NCBI RefSeq assembly: GCF_963921235.1
Contig: NC_086097.1
Coordinates: 63,862,001 to 63,926,000 of the forward strand
Direction: 5' to 3'
Length of the DNA stretch: 64,000 nucleotides
Origin: Mobula hypostoma
Lineage: Eukaryota
Below are positions 37,142 to 50,860 of this stretch, one piece after another. The stretch's first letter is position 1. Every line of letters begins with the position of its first letter. The notes below the pieces were generated by a model. It was not told the DNA's origin. It saw nothing but the letters and a program-made list of their open reading frames with translations, and searched no databases. The position numbers and the translations under genes were made by a program.

Positions 37142-37370
37142 GACTTACTAAATGCATCTCTAAACCAGTCTCTTCCTGTGGAAGCTGAATTTGGAATTCG
37201 ACCTGGTTTTCCACTTGCCTATCCCAGCCACGTTCCCTCATTACCTGTTGATCTAAGAGGTCATGTTCCACTCAGAGGACATCCACTACCTCCACGTGTT
37301 GGAATCTATGGTCCTCCGGAATGTTTCCCGCTAAGAGCTTTTGGTTTGCCGCCTCATCCTTCCATGGGAA
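37142..37370 (+). CDS. MIA2: MIA2 proline-rich exon (DLLNASLNQSLPVEAE...PPHPSMG)
   Basis: ctgcag acceptor and gtaagt donor, phase 0 to 1. Resembles 'DSSLPAENEATGPGF...PVDARGP'. Confidence 0.88.
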
Positions 37371-39617
37371 GTAAGTATACATTTATTTATCCAATTGACT
37401 GCTATGTATGTATAGTGAAATCATCTATTTGTGTTTGAAAAGTCGTGTAGAAAGGTAAAGGAAAATGTATGAAGGTGGAAGCAACCATTCTTTGTAGGTG
37501 ATATTTGATTGGCGGCATGCACACCATTATATACAAATCAATATTTTTCTATGCATTTCCCAACCATGAAAAGATGCAGTCAGCAGCTACCTTTTCCTCC
37601 TTTAGCCCCTGAGTTATGGTTAATATAAACTGGGATTGATTCTGGATCTATTGTGTGGACAAGTCCTTTGTCCATACTTAAATTTAGAAGCGAATGTAAT
37701 TTCCTGGCAGTCCGCCTCGGGCTATAACTTCACTGCTCATCAGTGGAGCATCTGCTTGAAGATAGCATTTCCACCAGCAGTATACAGTCAAGATGAAATT
37801 CTCAATATTGACACTGGAACTCCTAATGTCTCATGCTATCAAGTCAAAGATGGACTTCGACCAGTTTGTTGATCATCACCACTGGTCTTTCTCAGCTGAT
37901 GAATCATTTTCCTTCCATGTTGAGCACCATTTAGAAACATTTAGTGTGGTAACAACTTAGAATATGCTTTGACTGAACACCTTCAGTGTTCGTTGCAGTC
38001 ATCAGTAGCATCACCACCACCGATAAAACTAGCCGAACTCCTGTAAGACATTAACTGTTTGCTGCAGACTTCATTTGGTAGCAGAGCGATAATATAAGAT
38101 TAGAAATCACCTTATTTCTTGTTCATCAGCTGCATCTGTATGTGATGATATTGGTAGGAGTGCAGTGCTCACATTGAGGGCACGTACAAAGTTATTTTTT
38201 GGGACTTCCATTGTGCAAATGGGATAGATTCAAAAGAGACAGCAGCTCTGTAAGCAATGTCTGATGGACAAAAACACTGTGTAAGAAAAATATGATCCAG
38301 TGAAACTGTTCCAGTACAACATAACGCAGAAATCTACTTGGGCATGTAGAAAATTGTTGCAGCATGTCCTACCTCAAAAACTAGGATAAATTGCTGGTTA
38401 GTCATGTTAGTTTACCCTGCTGCAACTGTAGTTAAATGTAGTCAACAAGTCATTTTGCTCACTGATGCTCAGTTTGTGTTCTGCCATGTAGCTGCAGTTA
38501 TTATAGCCTTGGTTTAAGCATAGACAGTTCCATGAGGTAAACGTAAGATTAATTGAGGAATAAATTCTCATCTGCTGAAGTCTGACTTACGACATCTTAG
38601 TCTGATGTTAATGTAGAACCTTGAGGCAATAATCCAGTTTCATTCATCTCCAATTGTCTTATCAATAACTTTTCCTCCATTCATAAAGTATGAAGTAGAC
38701 ATGTTAATTTTTTTGTGTTGCTTATAGACATGTTAATTCTAGTTCCATTCACAATACTAATAGGTTCATGCCTGCGTATAGCAAGATAAGTTGTAATTAC
38801 GATTGAACTGATAAGTAGATGGTACATTTATCCAGTTCCCTTATGGATCTGTGCCTACTACCCCCACTTATTTAAGAGTGACCACCCTCTTTCAGAGTTC
38901 AGAGAGTTGATATACTTGGAAAGAACATTTTGAGCAATAGTTATTTTTAATATTTATTTATTGCAATCTGTCAGTCCGATTTTATGCAGAAGGTAGGGTG
39001 AACTCTATCTTAACTGGTGTAGTTTTTCTGGTGAAAGTACTCCCCCTGTGCTGTTGGGGGGGGGGGGTGTTCTGGGATTTAGACCCGGTGATGATGAGGC
39101 AACAACATTTTGAAGTTAAATGCTGTGCAACTTGTTGGAGTATTTGGTGTTTGCATGTATCTGAAGCCCTTGTACTTTTTGCTCTTACTTAACCCCTCTG
39201 AGTTTATAAAATAGAAATGTGAAGCTTCAACTTTCAACATGTGGGGAAATATCACCAGCTAGCAATTTCAATAACAGCAGCTTTGACTGTTAGCAGCATT
39301 ATGCCTAAATGGGTTTATTTCTGTTGGAAGGTAAATCCCTTTTAATTAAAAACATTAGTGTTTATTAGGAATTTTGTCAACTCAACTTTAAAAAAAAATA
39401 CTTTGTTCACATACCATTGTAGATTTCAGCTTTTATGATGTGTCAAAACTGTTGCAGGAGATTGACTACCTTTTCCATACAGGCAGCCAATCTATTCATT
39501 CCTAGTTGCTGGAGCCTGAGGTATTTAAGTAAGATAGATTGTCTAGGTGTTGCTGCTAGTTATTTGGCCAAAAGTTATAACTAAAATTCCAAGAAAAACT
39601 TTTGTTCTTTATTTTAG

Positions 39618-39778
39618 TAAGAGATCCATTGCGACCATATGTGAGTAATTTCCCACCACCTCGGCCAACTTTCCTACCACCCAGACCAGTTCCAGGTATT
39701 GCTGGCGGCCTTCTTCCTTCACGGTTTCCTCTATCCAGGTTTTCCTCAACTGAACATCCATCTTCACAAGATAAATAA
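39618..39778 (+). CDS. MIA2: MIA2 terminal coding exon (IRDPLRPYVSNFPPPRP...STEHPSSQDK*)
   Basis: ttttag acceptor, phase 1, TAA at 39776-39778. The C-terminus resembles human '...PATEHPEPQQET'. Confidence 0.85.
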
Positions 39779-40263
39779 TTTGCTGATGGAACTGAATCAA
39801 TGGCTGTCTGATTTATCAAAAAGTGCATTAGAGTGTAAAGTGTAGGTTACGATATTGCATTTTTTTGTTGATGTTTGCTATAATTGGTGGTAACCTTACA
39901 CTTTGCATAAAGGCACACATTTTCTGAAAGTGCTGTTTGATTAGAATTGTACACCTCAGGAGTCTTGCATAGAAGTTAAGCTTTTATTGTGCAATACTGC
40001 AGGGTTTTACCATGCACTGGTTTTAGTTCAGAGCATTGTTTTTATCCAGACCATTTTAGGTAAGGAATTTGTAAATGCTTAACTTGAATGGCAAAACAAT
40101 ATGAATTGTTGGAATTTTAATTAATAAGAATGTCATTCATGTGCATGTCCAAGGTGGTACTAATACTAGTTCCACCACTGTAAATGCAGATTTATAGGCC
40201 TAAGATAAAAGGAATGTTTGAAGAACATATAGAATGTAAAAATGTTTATTGTAACATACTGAA

Positions 40264-40269
40264 AATAAA
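40264..40269 (+). promoter_or_regulatory. Candidate MIA2 polyadenylation signal AATAAA
   Basis: AATAAA about 490 nt after the stop codon, with a T-rich tract downstream. Confidence 0.55.
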
Positions 40270-41053
40270 AACAAGGTTGATTTAAACAATGAACTTCTGA
40301 TGTGCATTTTTTTTTGCATACAACTTCACGTACATAGGAATGAAGGTAAATGGTTATGGGACTTTACAAGTTGTTTTTCCACATCCACTTTATATCCCTA
40401 TCCACTTAGTTCTTAGGCATTAAATTGGTCAGTTTGGATCATTAATTGTTCTTGCACCTCTGGGGGGTGGGGGGGGGTGGAGAGAAGATAGAGCAGTGAT
40501 CCTTACGATGAAATCAGTCCTTAGATATAGTGATAAAACTTGGTCTGCTTCAAGATGCCACTATGAAAAGCAAGTACATCATATTTCACTACAAGGAGAT
40601 AGCCTAAGAAAACAATGGTAGAATATTGTATTTAGTTACCACCACTCACCTATCTACTTCAAAAAAGATAAAGCAATAAGAGGTCAAATCCAAGCAGCAG
40701 CTCACTAACTAAAGACAGGCAAATAAATGGAACAATCCTAGGAATGATTTGCATAAATTTCAGGCTAACAATAACTGATGGAATTTGGGATTGAGTTGGA
40801 ATGATAATTGATAATGGTTCTGTTTGTTATTAACAAATTGTGAAATATTGTCTAAGACAGATAATCGTACTACTGTTTGCCATCTAATTGCGTTGCAATG
40901 ACTTTCTGAGAAAACCAAAATATTTTCATTGAATAGCACTGTGCACTTGAAATAAGCAATGAGAGAAACAATAGACAGACAATTCAAAATCCCTAAACAG
41001 CAGTGGTCTATGTAAACACTGGCCTTGAATATTTTCTCTTCCATTAACTAGAG

Positions 41054-41093
41054 CAGGGGTCCATGGCATAAAATAAGAGGTTGGGAAACCCTG
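41054..41093. mobile_element. Internally deleted hAT MITE with an 8-bp TSD
   Basis: CAGGGGT...GGGAAACCCTG termini; flanks AACTAGAG / AACTACAG (7/8). Confidence 0.7.
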
Positions 41094-42033
41094 AACTACA
41101 GAATCCAAACCTTATTGCATCAACATTGGCGAGACATCCCTTGCTAAATGCAAGTTATCCAAGAGCTAAAGGACCTCAAGTTCCAAAAAAACATACCACA
41201 TCTATTTGGAAACAGTGGTAAATAATCAGATAACTGATTTTGCAATATCCAACCCTTACACCATGATAAAGTCTAGCAAACATTAATTACAAGTGTAACT
41301 AGGTGGTTTATTGGTTCTATTTGGCCTCTGAAGTTCCTAGCAAAAATATGAAAATCCAACCAACCCAATTTAAGTGGCACTAAACAGAAGACAATTGCCA
41401 TCTGAATACATCCCAAGAATGTACCATTCTATAATAATGGAACTAGTATCCTCAATATCTCACTTACCACAAATTCCTAGTATTTCTATTCTTAACAGGC
41501 AAGTATACAAGTCACTGCTTCTATACTATCCGCACAGCACATTCCTCAGTTACTGCCATCAAACAGTTTTGCCTAGCCAGAACATTCCATTATATAGAAA
41601 TGCATACCATGAAGCAAACAAGTTTCAAAAAACACTGTAGAAAGATCTTCAAACAAGTCCAAGGGCCCAGTCCTTCTAATTATATTTAAACCTTTTCCAC
41701 ACTGTGATGGTTATTGGGGAAGAGTATTGTAGAATCATTATGGTAATGAAACCTCATAAGATCACTGCAATTTCATATTTGAAGTGCTAAACATTTAAGT
41801 AGTACGGTAGGAGCAAAAATCAGTGATAAGGTTTGTAACCACACTTTACTGCAAATACTAATACAGTATTCAGAGTGTATGTAAACTAGTTTAGACTTTT
41901 AAACCAATCAATGTAGTTACTGTCAGTACATGCAACTTCTGGCAAAGCCCTACAACATGATAAAGCTTAAAACGTCATTGTAAATTCCCAAAACTTTAGC
42001 ACTAAACATTACGTAAATAAGACATTTGAATGC

Positions 42034-42039
42034 TTTATT
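42034..42039 (-). promoter_or_regulatory. Candidate FBXO33 polyadenylation signal AATAAA
   Basis: TTTATT on + about 1 kb past the FBXO33 stop, in an AT-rich UTR-like region. Confidence 0.45.
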
Positions 42040-43041
42040 GATAGATTAAAACAATCAGCAGTCAACACAACTTTAAACATTAATTTAACATTCAACTGCT
42101 TTCCTCACATTTTCTGTCAGTATTTCATATGATCTCATTCAATGATAAAATCTCACCACATCTGGCATTTTCATACATTGCACCAGTGGATCCACTCTAC
42201 AGATGTACATATAAAATCCGCATGGTAAGTGCATTAATCACTGGAGACACGCAACATAATGCACACCTGTCAAAATGCATCATCTTTGACAAGATGGTAA
42301 AACCATTTGAAACAATCACCACTCACACTTTCTTCATAAATAGAATCTTGACATATGTTGCATACAGTAAATTTGTTTTACAAGCTTATACAAAGCAGCC
42401 AGGTCACAGCACTGCTGGGCAGCATGATGGCCACACTGAGTAATACTGGCTGTCCTTTACATTAAATGCACAACATTCGTACCACTTAAAACTGGGGTCA
42501 GGTGCTAGTCTCACAGAGACCACGACTGTACCCGCGGTTGCCCTGAACATTGCGGCTTTTAAAGCCTCTTGCTTTAACAAGATTTTAAAAGTTATCCTAG
42601 TGGAATGTTCTCAAAAATCATAGCAGCAGCTCATAGCTTTGTTAGAACTGATTTTTTTTTGTATTCACTATTCACAGTGAACCAGGTGCACGTTCATTTA
42701 AGAGCTGAAAGTTGTTGACTGAGCCACAGCACAGCTGTGTACCACAGGTCGAAAATTCGACCTTTTAAACTCGTAGGTTCTGGCTGACCAGCCATTGGCC
42801 TGCCCCTGCCAGCATGTGGGCACTTCTTCATTCTGTTTTCTTTGGCAGTTGACACAGGCGCTGACAGAGAAAATCCAGTGACTCTTGCCACATCTACTTC
42901 TAAACCAATACCGACTACATTTACAGGTTAAGCAAGATAAACAAGTGTATATATTTATAACTAATACTAATTAACAGCACATGTAAATGTTAACTTATTA
43001 CTGAAAAATGCAGGGCCCTCTAATACACAAGTTTTGAAATG

Positions 43042-43313
43042 CTAAATGCCTTCACTGAAGCGCTGCATCTCTTTGTAAAAATAACGAGTGGTCTCACTGA
43101 AAACGTAAAGGGTTTCATTTTTCATTACTGGATGCCACCGCTTTCCTAAGCCTATGGACACTTCTTCAATGAGATTCTGCACAGGATCTCCATCCAGGTC
43201 AGCCATCGCATCTTCATCAAAATTAATGCTTTCCTCAGTGACCTCCAGGACTTGCAGCTCTGGCCCACGGAGCCGAGCTATAGCAATGAGATTATGCGCC
43301 CAAACTGCATAAC
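43042..43313 (-). CDS. FBXO33: FBXO33 last coding exon (GYAVWAHNLIAIARLRG...KEMQRFSEGI*)
   Basis: aatccag acceptor, TAG at 43044-43042. Closely matches the human FBXO33 C-terminus 'YTVWAHNLIAIARLRG...EMQSFSEDI'. Confidence 0.95.
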
Positions 43314-43875
43314 CTGGATTGAGGAAAACATTTAAAAATTAGGGACTCAAACAATATTTACACAATTTTTTTTTTACAGAATTCACACAAACTTGGCTAT
43401 TAACTATGGACTCCAGATAAGGTTAAAATACATCACCAAGCAATCCACAATGCAGCACCATGACAATCACAATAAAGTTGCTATCTAAAATTTCACATTG
43501 CTGTTTTCCCAAGAAACCAGTTTAACAGTGGAAGCATAATCCTCTAAAACATATTTCACCTATTTAATATTCAGTACAAAAATTAGTTCATTGGCCAGAA
43601 AACTAATTTCATTTTAATGATTAACTGCTCTAGAAATTTTGACAATTTCATGGAACAGCACAGCACGGGAAGGCTCTTCAGCTAACATTATTTCTCCTAT
43701 AAATGTCTAATTTTGCACTGCTTTACTATTCAATCTATACAGTTTATTTTTCTGTAAAGTTCATTGCTTTCTATTATTCAAGAATAAATACTCAAGAAGA
43801 GAAACACAAGTCAAAAATTATCACACCAAGACCAACATTAATACAAAAAAAAGCACAAGTAGACCCACTGCTTAC

Positions 43876-44567
43876 CATGGATTGAAAGGTGAGAAAGCTT
43901 TGTACACTTCCATGCCAAAAGCACCAAAGGGTCTTCATTGCGGTTGTCGCTGAGATCTGGAAAACCATTAATGCCTTGCTCTGCATCCTTTATTAGGAGG
44001 AAGTGGGTAAGGGATTTGTCATACTGCCTGGATATGAGATCTACCACGGCACCTGAAACACCATTAGTTGAGCTGTCAAAGTGAATTCTCCCTAAAGGTA
44101 TGCTTGGCTTCAGAATTCTAAGCAAAATGTCATTCCTGACATTAAAGGCCATGATGTAAACATGAAGATTTGCACAGTGCCTGGTAAGCACCTTCCAATC
44201 TGCATCTTGTGGCATGTTATCTAAAACGTGTATGTTGGACATCGAGAGATGATGTATTACAAGAGACAACCTATGCAAAGGCACATGGTTGCTGTTGGCG
44301 AGCACTCGTGTTACTTCAGCAGTAAAATCGCAGAAATCCAATGCAAGTGATCGCAGGTTAAGAAAGCGCTCCAACTCAACTGCCTCAATAATTGGGGTTT
44401 TATTAATAAAATGGGTATCCAGGAGACTCAGATGTTCAATGCAGTTGGCACTGGACTGAGGCAAGGCTGCTAGTGTTGTGGGAGTTACTACCTCCAGCAT
44501 AAAACCAAGGGAGAGCCATTTCAGATGTTTGGAATTTCCCAATACCTCTTCAATCAATTGTTGGATT
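43876..44567 (-). CDS. FBXO33: FBXO33 coding exon 2 (IQQLIEEVL...LSIH), leucine-rich region
   Basis: ttacag acceptor and gtaagc donor, phase 2 to 1. Contains 'LALDFCDFTAE' and 'FPDLSDNRNEDPLVLLAW'. Confidence 0.95.
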
Positions 44568-47097
44568 CTGTAATAAACAAAAGTATTACATTTGCTACAT
44601 TTCTAAACATCAGCAATTCATTTAAGACAAAAGCCCTTAAAATCCTTCAACTCTGCACCCAGAGTTTATTGGGAACAGGATGCTTACTGAATCAGAGCTA
44701 CAAGAATGAAGCAAGAAAAATCCATGCACCCATCACTTGCTGTCAATTGAAATCTGCACTTTTTCTTGATCCTCCTTTCACCACAAAAATTGCCAGTTAC
44801 ACTTTAGATTTTACCATTGTCAGAACCAACTACACAGTTCCAATTATTAAAATACAGTTACTCCATTAGCTCAGTCCCTTTATACCCTCTGCCCCTCCCC
44901 GTTTCTCTGCAAGTTAAAGCATGTTTGAACTCCAATTCTGATCACAATTAACTGATCCTCTGTCCATAGATGCTGCCTGACCTGAGCATCTCAAACACTT
45001 ATTTTAATTTCAGTTTTCCAGCATCTGCAGTTATTTGATTTTTTTTCATTATTTCTTTACATATTTAAGCTGTGGATTTCTGGGCTTTGAACTTTCTTAT
45101 GTCATATATAGTAATCAGCTTCCATTTAATGAAAAAACATTAAATACAAATTCCTTAATCAAGCAGTTACTTTCCTAAAAAAAATGATCCATTCCAGCTA
45201 TGGAAAAATAATTCAATTGAAGGCACTTGCTTTTCAGGTTATATTAACATCCCCTGCAGGATGGTTTCTTCAATTATCATTCTCTGTATTTTGCATGTTA
45301 GGTAACATTTTGGGGATGATAGTAATTTATGGAATGTTGGTTTGATGAAAAGGGCAATACTCCAGGGTGTAGAACCTGCACCAAAGCACACCTTCAAGCA
45401 AAATACAAAATACCTGGGCCAGTTGCATTCTTCTTCTCACTGCAGTATCAATGCTGCACACGAGATGGTGGCAAAGTATAGTTATTCCAAATTATATTGT
45501 CTCCTTCAGTTATTTAAAGTGTTCTTCAAATAAATATGTTGCAGGATGCTTTTCTAATTTAGTATTCATTATTTATTAAGAAAATGTTTTCTTGATTTTT
45601 ACTATTATGTCAGCTGTCATATTCCATGAACATGTTTAATCCACAGAATTGTACTTACCAGTCATGCTGATGATAATTACAGGGCTGAAACATCAAAATA
45701 ATTTTACAAACATTGACACGAACAGTGTCAATTCACTGCCAAAAAGCATTTAATAAGTTTCAGAATTAAAACAACATACTTGTTAAATAAAACAGAAGAG
45801 ACAGACAGCAATTATTTTTAAAAAGTTGTTCTCCTTCCACTCACAAACAGAACTGCTCCAAGGTAGATGTGAAAGCCACACTATTCTGCAGTTTATTGGT
45901 GCTGTGATGCTTTTGGTATTTTGCAGGCTCCTCCATAAATGTCTAACTCAGCTCAGAATGCCCTAACAAATTCAAAAAAACCCCAAGAAACACTGAAAAC
46001 AGAAACACAAGCAAAATGAACGCAGGATCAGATTACCACAGGACAGTTTTCCTGAGTTTGACAAATTTCACTCAGATCTCAAACCACAACTAGACCACAT
46101 TACTGCATAGTTATTATTCATACTTCCTTCAGCATGACCACTTACTGCAGTAAAGCTGTAGACATGTGAATGAGCTACATCACACACCTATCCTAGCAAC
46201 AAGCACAGACAAACGATGCAATGGAGGATCAGCTCTGCAACATGCAGCAACCACTCAATTTACACAGCAGCCATAGCCCAGCCCCAAATCCTATCAGTTT
46301 GCTGAGAGATGGAGATTTGTAATGTGCATCAACTGTAGATCTTCATTTTATATTGATAGATAAGCTTTAGTGAAAACTGAGAATTCTGTACTTTTGATCT
46401 GCAAGCTATTTTAGTGTAACATTTTCCAATCATATATAGCATATGTCTTTTTATGTTCCCTCCAACAAAAGAAATATGCTTTGATATTTGATTCCTTTAC
46501 GTAAGGTACTGGGTCTTATGACAATCACATTAAAATATAATTGGAAATTAATTATCAAATTTCACTTTCATGTAGAGGCAGAGGCCAACTTCCATTTTTA
46601 ATACATCAAGTTTCAGTATCAAACTCCTGAAAGTGCAATATACCCTAGTAAACCTTACCTTTAACAAAAGGGCAACAATTCCACTGGTATGAGACCTATA
46701 TATTTTGTAAAAATCTATAAATTGTCTGGAGCAGCAGAAAATATTCTTTAGCATACTGAAGAACCAATGGATGCAGACTGGGATAAAAATAATCTGCTCA
46801 GACTTTTGTTTTAAGTAGCGATCTAAAGAAATAGAAATAAAAGAAAAAGAAAATGAAACCGGAAGAGAAATCACAAACATTAAAAAGACAGAAAAATAAA
46901 AGGGCAAATATAAAAGTTATACAAGAGACAAGAGACTCTTGTCATTGGTTAAAAAAAATTCTCCAAATCTAATGCAACCCAGCCGCTTTCTACAATAAAA
47001 TAAAAACTCAAGCAAAACAAATAAAGAATATTTTAAGTTGCAGAATCAAAGATTTCCTTAAATGGTTCCAATTTTACAATCATAAGGAATATTGATT

Positions 47098-47300
47098 TTT
47101 TTTCCCTTTTTCATGATTTTTGTTTAGATATTTTTCTTTGTTTTATATTATTCATTGGTATCCTATATGATTGGGAGTTTATCATTTAAGTATTATTTAG
47201 CTTTATAATCACTCGTTAATTATAACAATGTATTCCTGATAACTTTGTACTACTACCATGTCATGTTTATATCTTTATGAAACTAATAAAAAGATTGAAA
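47098..47300 (+). mobile_element. Short L1-like 3' end insertion with a 14-bp TSD
   Basis: AAGGAATATTGATT at 47084-47097 and 47301-47314. T-rich body ending AATAAAAAGATTGAAA. Confidence 0.6.
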
Positions 47301-47879
47301 AAGGAATATTGATTGCTGTATTAATTAGCCAGATAATTATGGTCAACAAGTCTGCATTTTTCACTGGGGTTTACTAATGGAAATATTACTTCCCTTATTA
47401 TGACACTACATTTAGTTAAATACAGTATGTATGATACAAAACAGTTGATCCTATAAAGATCTTAGAACTCACAGGACATAAATGTAACTACTACGTCGAT
47501 TCAGGCCAGCGTCGGGCAAAATGTAAAGTTTTTAAGATTCTTAATCAATACTACTTGCCTACCACTACAAAGTGCCATATTTATATATTGCAATAATATA
47601 ACTCAAAGTAATATGCATTCAGTACAGCCTCAAAGCAAATATTAACAAAAAGAAAGCAAAATTTAAATCTTAGTTTCAATTTCAGCATCCTCAGGAATAA
47701 AGCTTGCACATCTAATTTTCACAATCCAAAGATGCAGAAGTAATATTAGCACTGCTCTTCACTGAGTTGTTCAGCTATTCTGTTGTACAAGTCTTCTTTA
47801 CAGCCTGACGCAATGGATAAATCAAAAATGTCAAGATATGTCGGGGAAAAAGAATCTCTGGACTGCTTATTGTACCTTT

Positions 47880-48615
47880 CTTTGGGGGGGAAATGGATAG
47901 ACCTGGAGATTGAGAAATAGTAGAACAAAGGGATGTGGGAATGCAGGTCGATAATTCATTGGAAGTGGAGACACAGGAAGATAGGATTGTAAAGAAAGCT
48001 TTTGGCACATTGGCCTTCATAAATCCAAGTACTGCATACAGGCATTGGGATGTTATGTTGAAGTTGTACAAGACATTGGGCGAAACCTAATTTTGATTAT
48101 TGTGTGCAGTTTTGGTCACCTGCCGACGTGATTGTTGTAAATAAGGTTGAAAGAGTACAGAGAAAGTTCACAAGGATTTTGCAGGACAGGAGGATCTAAG
48201 TTATAACAAAAGATTGATAGATCAGCACTTTATTCCTTGGATTTTAGAAGACTGAGGTAAGATTTGATAGAGGTATACAAAATTATGAGGGGTATAGACA
48301 AGGTATATGCAAGCAGGCTTTTCCCACTGAGGTTGGGTGGGACTACAACTAGAGATTATGGGTTAAAGGTGAAAGGTGAAAAGTTTAAGGGAACAGAGGG
48401 GAAATTTTTTACTCAGAGGGTCATGAGAGCTGCCAGCACAAATGGTGCATGCGAGCTCAATTTCAACACTTAAGAGAAGTTTGGATAGGTACTTGGATGG
48501 TAGGGAGTATGGAGGGCTATGGTCGGGGTGCAGGTCAATGGGAGAAGGCAGTTTAAATGGTTTAGCATGGACTCGATGGACCAGCGGGCCAGCACTCTGT
48601 TACATTTTTATGACT
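47880..48615 (+). mobile_element. CR1 3' fragment
   Basis: YCVQFWSP, IEVYKIMRGIDKV and FFTQRV motifs. Confidence 0.85.
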
Positions 48616-49329
48616 ATTTGTTGAGGCTCTGTATGTTACTATCAGTATTAATGATAAAGTTAAGATTTTATGGATTTTAAAGTTTAAAACACAAACACGA
48701 GAAGGTCTGCAGATGCTGGAAATCCAAAGCAACATACCAAATTGCTGGAGGAACTCAGCAGGTTAGGCAGCATCTACGGAAGTTCCGCTACTTGCTAAAT
48801 GATTTCCTCCATGCTACATACCAGCCAGTAAAAAAGGCACAAACAGTAGTTGGCAAAAAAAAACACTAGCCAAGTCCCAGCATGACGGGGAGGAAGAAAA
48901 CAGGTATTTTAATCAATTAAATATCCATTAATATTCTGTAAAGATAGGACAAAAATGGCCCTGTGCAAAGTTTCGCTGCTCGCTCTATGAAAATGTAGGG
49001 CCCAGGACAGGCGGACCCACAAAGCCAAATGTTTCCCAAGCGCACCGAAGACTCACAGAACATGTTATTTTTAAAGGTGTAACAATCAATATTTTGGAGG
49101 AAGGTTGCGAAAGTGCCCGTAAACAAACACACTAAGTAATAGAATCGGCTGCAATTCTCTGCTCCCTAACTCATAAAGGACTTGTAGATACTGAGAAACA
49201 ACGCGATATTGCAGCAGAGAGACCTCTGAGACCAAAGCCACTACATATCAATCGCTCGGGGAAGGAAGGGACAGTCAGGTAGACAAACAAGATGTCGTGC
49301 AACATGAACAGGGCACGGCTTCCAAGCCT

Positions 49330-50400
49330 GTCTGGGACCCCGGACCCCTGCCTCCCGCTCTCCCCGCTGCCGGACACCTACTCGTGCGAGTGTTTGTCGT
49401 CAGGCTCCTGCAGGTATATGTCGCCGAACACGCTGAGTTTCTGCAGGTTGCGGTTGCTCCTCACGCTTTTCAACACGCATACAACCTCATCCATGTAACT
49501 CCTGAGGGGGTCGGGCCGGCCCCCGCCGCCACTCTCGAACTCCACACGCAGCTCCCGTACGAATGAGCCGCACTTCTTCATGAGGAAGTCGAGGCGGCAG
49601 CGCTCGGCGGCCGAGCCGCGGAGGCGGAGCCGCAGCTCCGGCCACAGCGAAGGGTAGAAGAGGCACTCGCGCCACTTGGAGCAGACGGACGAGGCCCGCA
49701 ACCGGTCCCAGGGGGGCAGGAAGGAGAAGATGTGCACGATGACTTCGCACGGCAGGGCGGCCGCCGCCGCCATGGCCCCGCACAACGCCATCGCCCGGCT
49801 CCCGGCCTGCCGCCCCGGCCGCCCGCCCCTCACTCCTTCCCCTCCCACAGCGGTTGGTTCTGGGCCGCGGAGCGCCGTTCCAGCTCACTATATCGGTCCG
49901 CTCCACCCCCCCCGGTGGCTCCCGGCCACTCGCTAACTTCACGCCCTCAGCGCCGCCACCGCTATCTCATCGCCTCCACTTCCAGTCCCGGCTCGGGGCC
50001 TCGCACCGGAAGTGAGGCGGGAACGCTGCAAAGCAGAGGCGGCGGGGGGGGTGGGGGTTAATCCAGCACACTACAGCCACCTCAGAAACCACAGTGGAAA
50101 ACCTCGCTAATTTACATACTGTAAATATTACTTCAAACTACTTTAGCAATGCTGGGATAAAGTTATCTGGAAGCTCTAAAGACTCGGTTACTTTTATCTC
50201 CTAATCTCAGGATCCCCCCGCATTTTCAGCTAATTTCGGAGCCACAAGCCTGTTTACAAAATTCTGCGCGACCGTCACGTGATATGACATCAGCCTGTGG
50301 GAGGAAGCGGGGGGGTGGGGAGAGAGACAGGGTCGGAGGGGTCACAACTCGGCCCCACCGGCCCCGGAGCCCGTCTCCCCGGGAACCAGAGAGCTGCCAG
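49330..50400. promoter_or_regulatory. CpG island / FBXO33 promoter with ETS motif CCGGAAGTG (50006-50014), E-box/CLEAR-like GTCACGTGAT (50274-50283) and CRE-like TGACATCA (50285-50292)
   Basis: GC- and CpG-dense stretch over exon 1 in an AT-rich background. Motifs were read directly; function is inferred. Confidence 0.7.
49382..49791 (-). CDS. FBXO33: FBXO33 coding exon 1, F-box domain (MALCGAMAAAAALPCEVIVHIFSFLP...)
   Basis: ATG at 49791, F-box LPxE(V)IVHIFSFL...W, donor ga|gtaggt in phase 2. Total CDS 410+692+272 = 1374 nt. Confidence 0.93.
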
Positions 50401-50609
50401 CACTTTTACCAATCCCCCCCCCTTCTAACCCCAAAAGACCAAAGTCCTCAAATGTTATGTTTCTTCCCACACAAAATAGATACAGAAGTGTATGTACCAC
50501 CTGGCTCAACAGCCCAAATCCTACAGACGCTGGAAATCCAGATTACCACACACAAATTGCTGAAAGAAACGAGCCAGGAACCAGTCAAGATCACGGCCCT
50601 ACTGAGTTC

Positions 50610-50860
50610 CTCCAGGCTCAAGAATAGCTTCCGTCCCACTGTTATCAGATTCTTGAACGACAAAATGGGACTCCTGGCCTCACGATCTACCTCGTTATGA
50701 TCTTGCACTTTATCGTCCACCTACACTGCACTTTTCCCGTAGCTTTTACACTTTATTAAGTATTATTATTGTTTTACCCTATTCTAGCACAATGCAGTGT
50801 GTAATAATTTGATCTGTATAAACAGTATACAAGAGAAGCTTTTCATTATCTTGGTACATG
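50610..50860 (+). mobile_element. Rex1/Babar-type LINE 3' end
   Basis: RLKNSFRPTVIRFLN ORF terminus followed by a UTR homologous to 18255-18525. Confidence 0.6.

Noticed and set aside
86..39778. MIA3/TANGO1 as the identity of the + strand gene
   Set aside because: Motifs (LNASLK, SPYGPSP, SGSLSP.W, C-terminal TEHP) and adjacency to FBXO33 fit MIA2/cTAGE5. I did not see a TANGO1-style C-terminus.
49487..50061. Alternative-frame ORFs over FBXO33 exon 1
   Set aside because: Expected stop-poor frames in a CpG island, with no recognisable domains.
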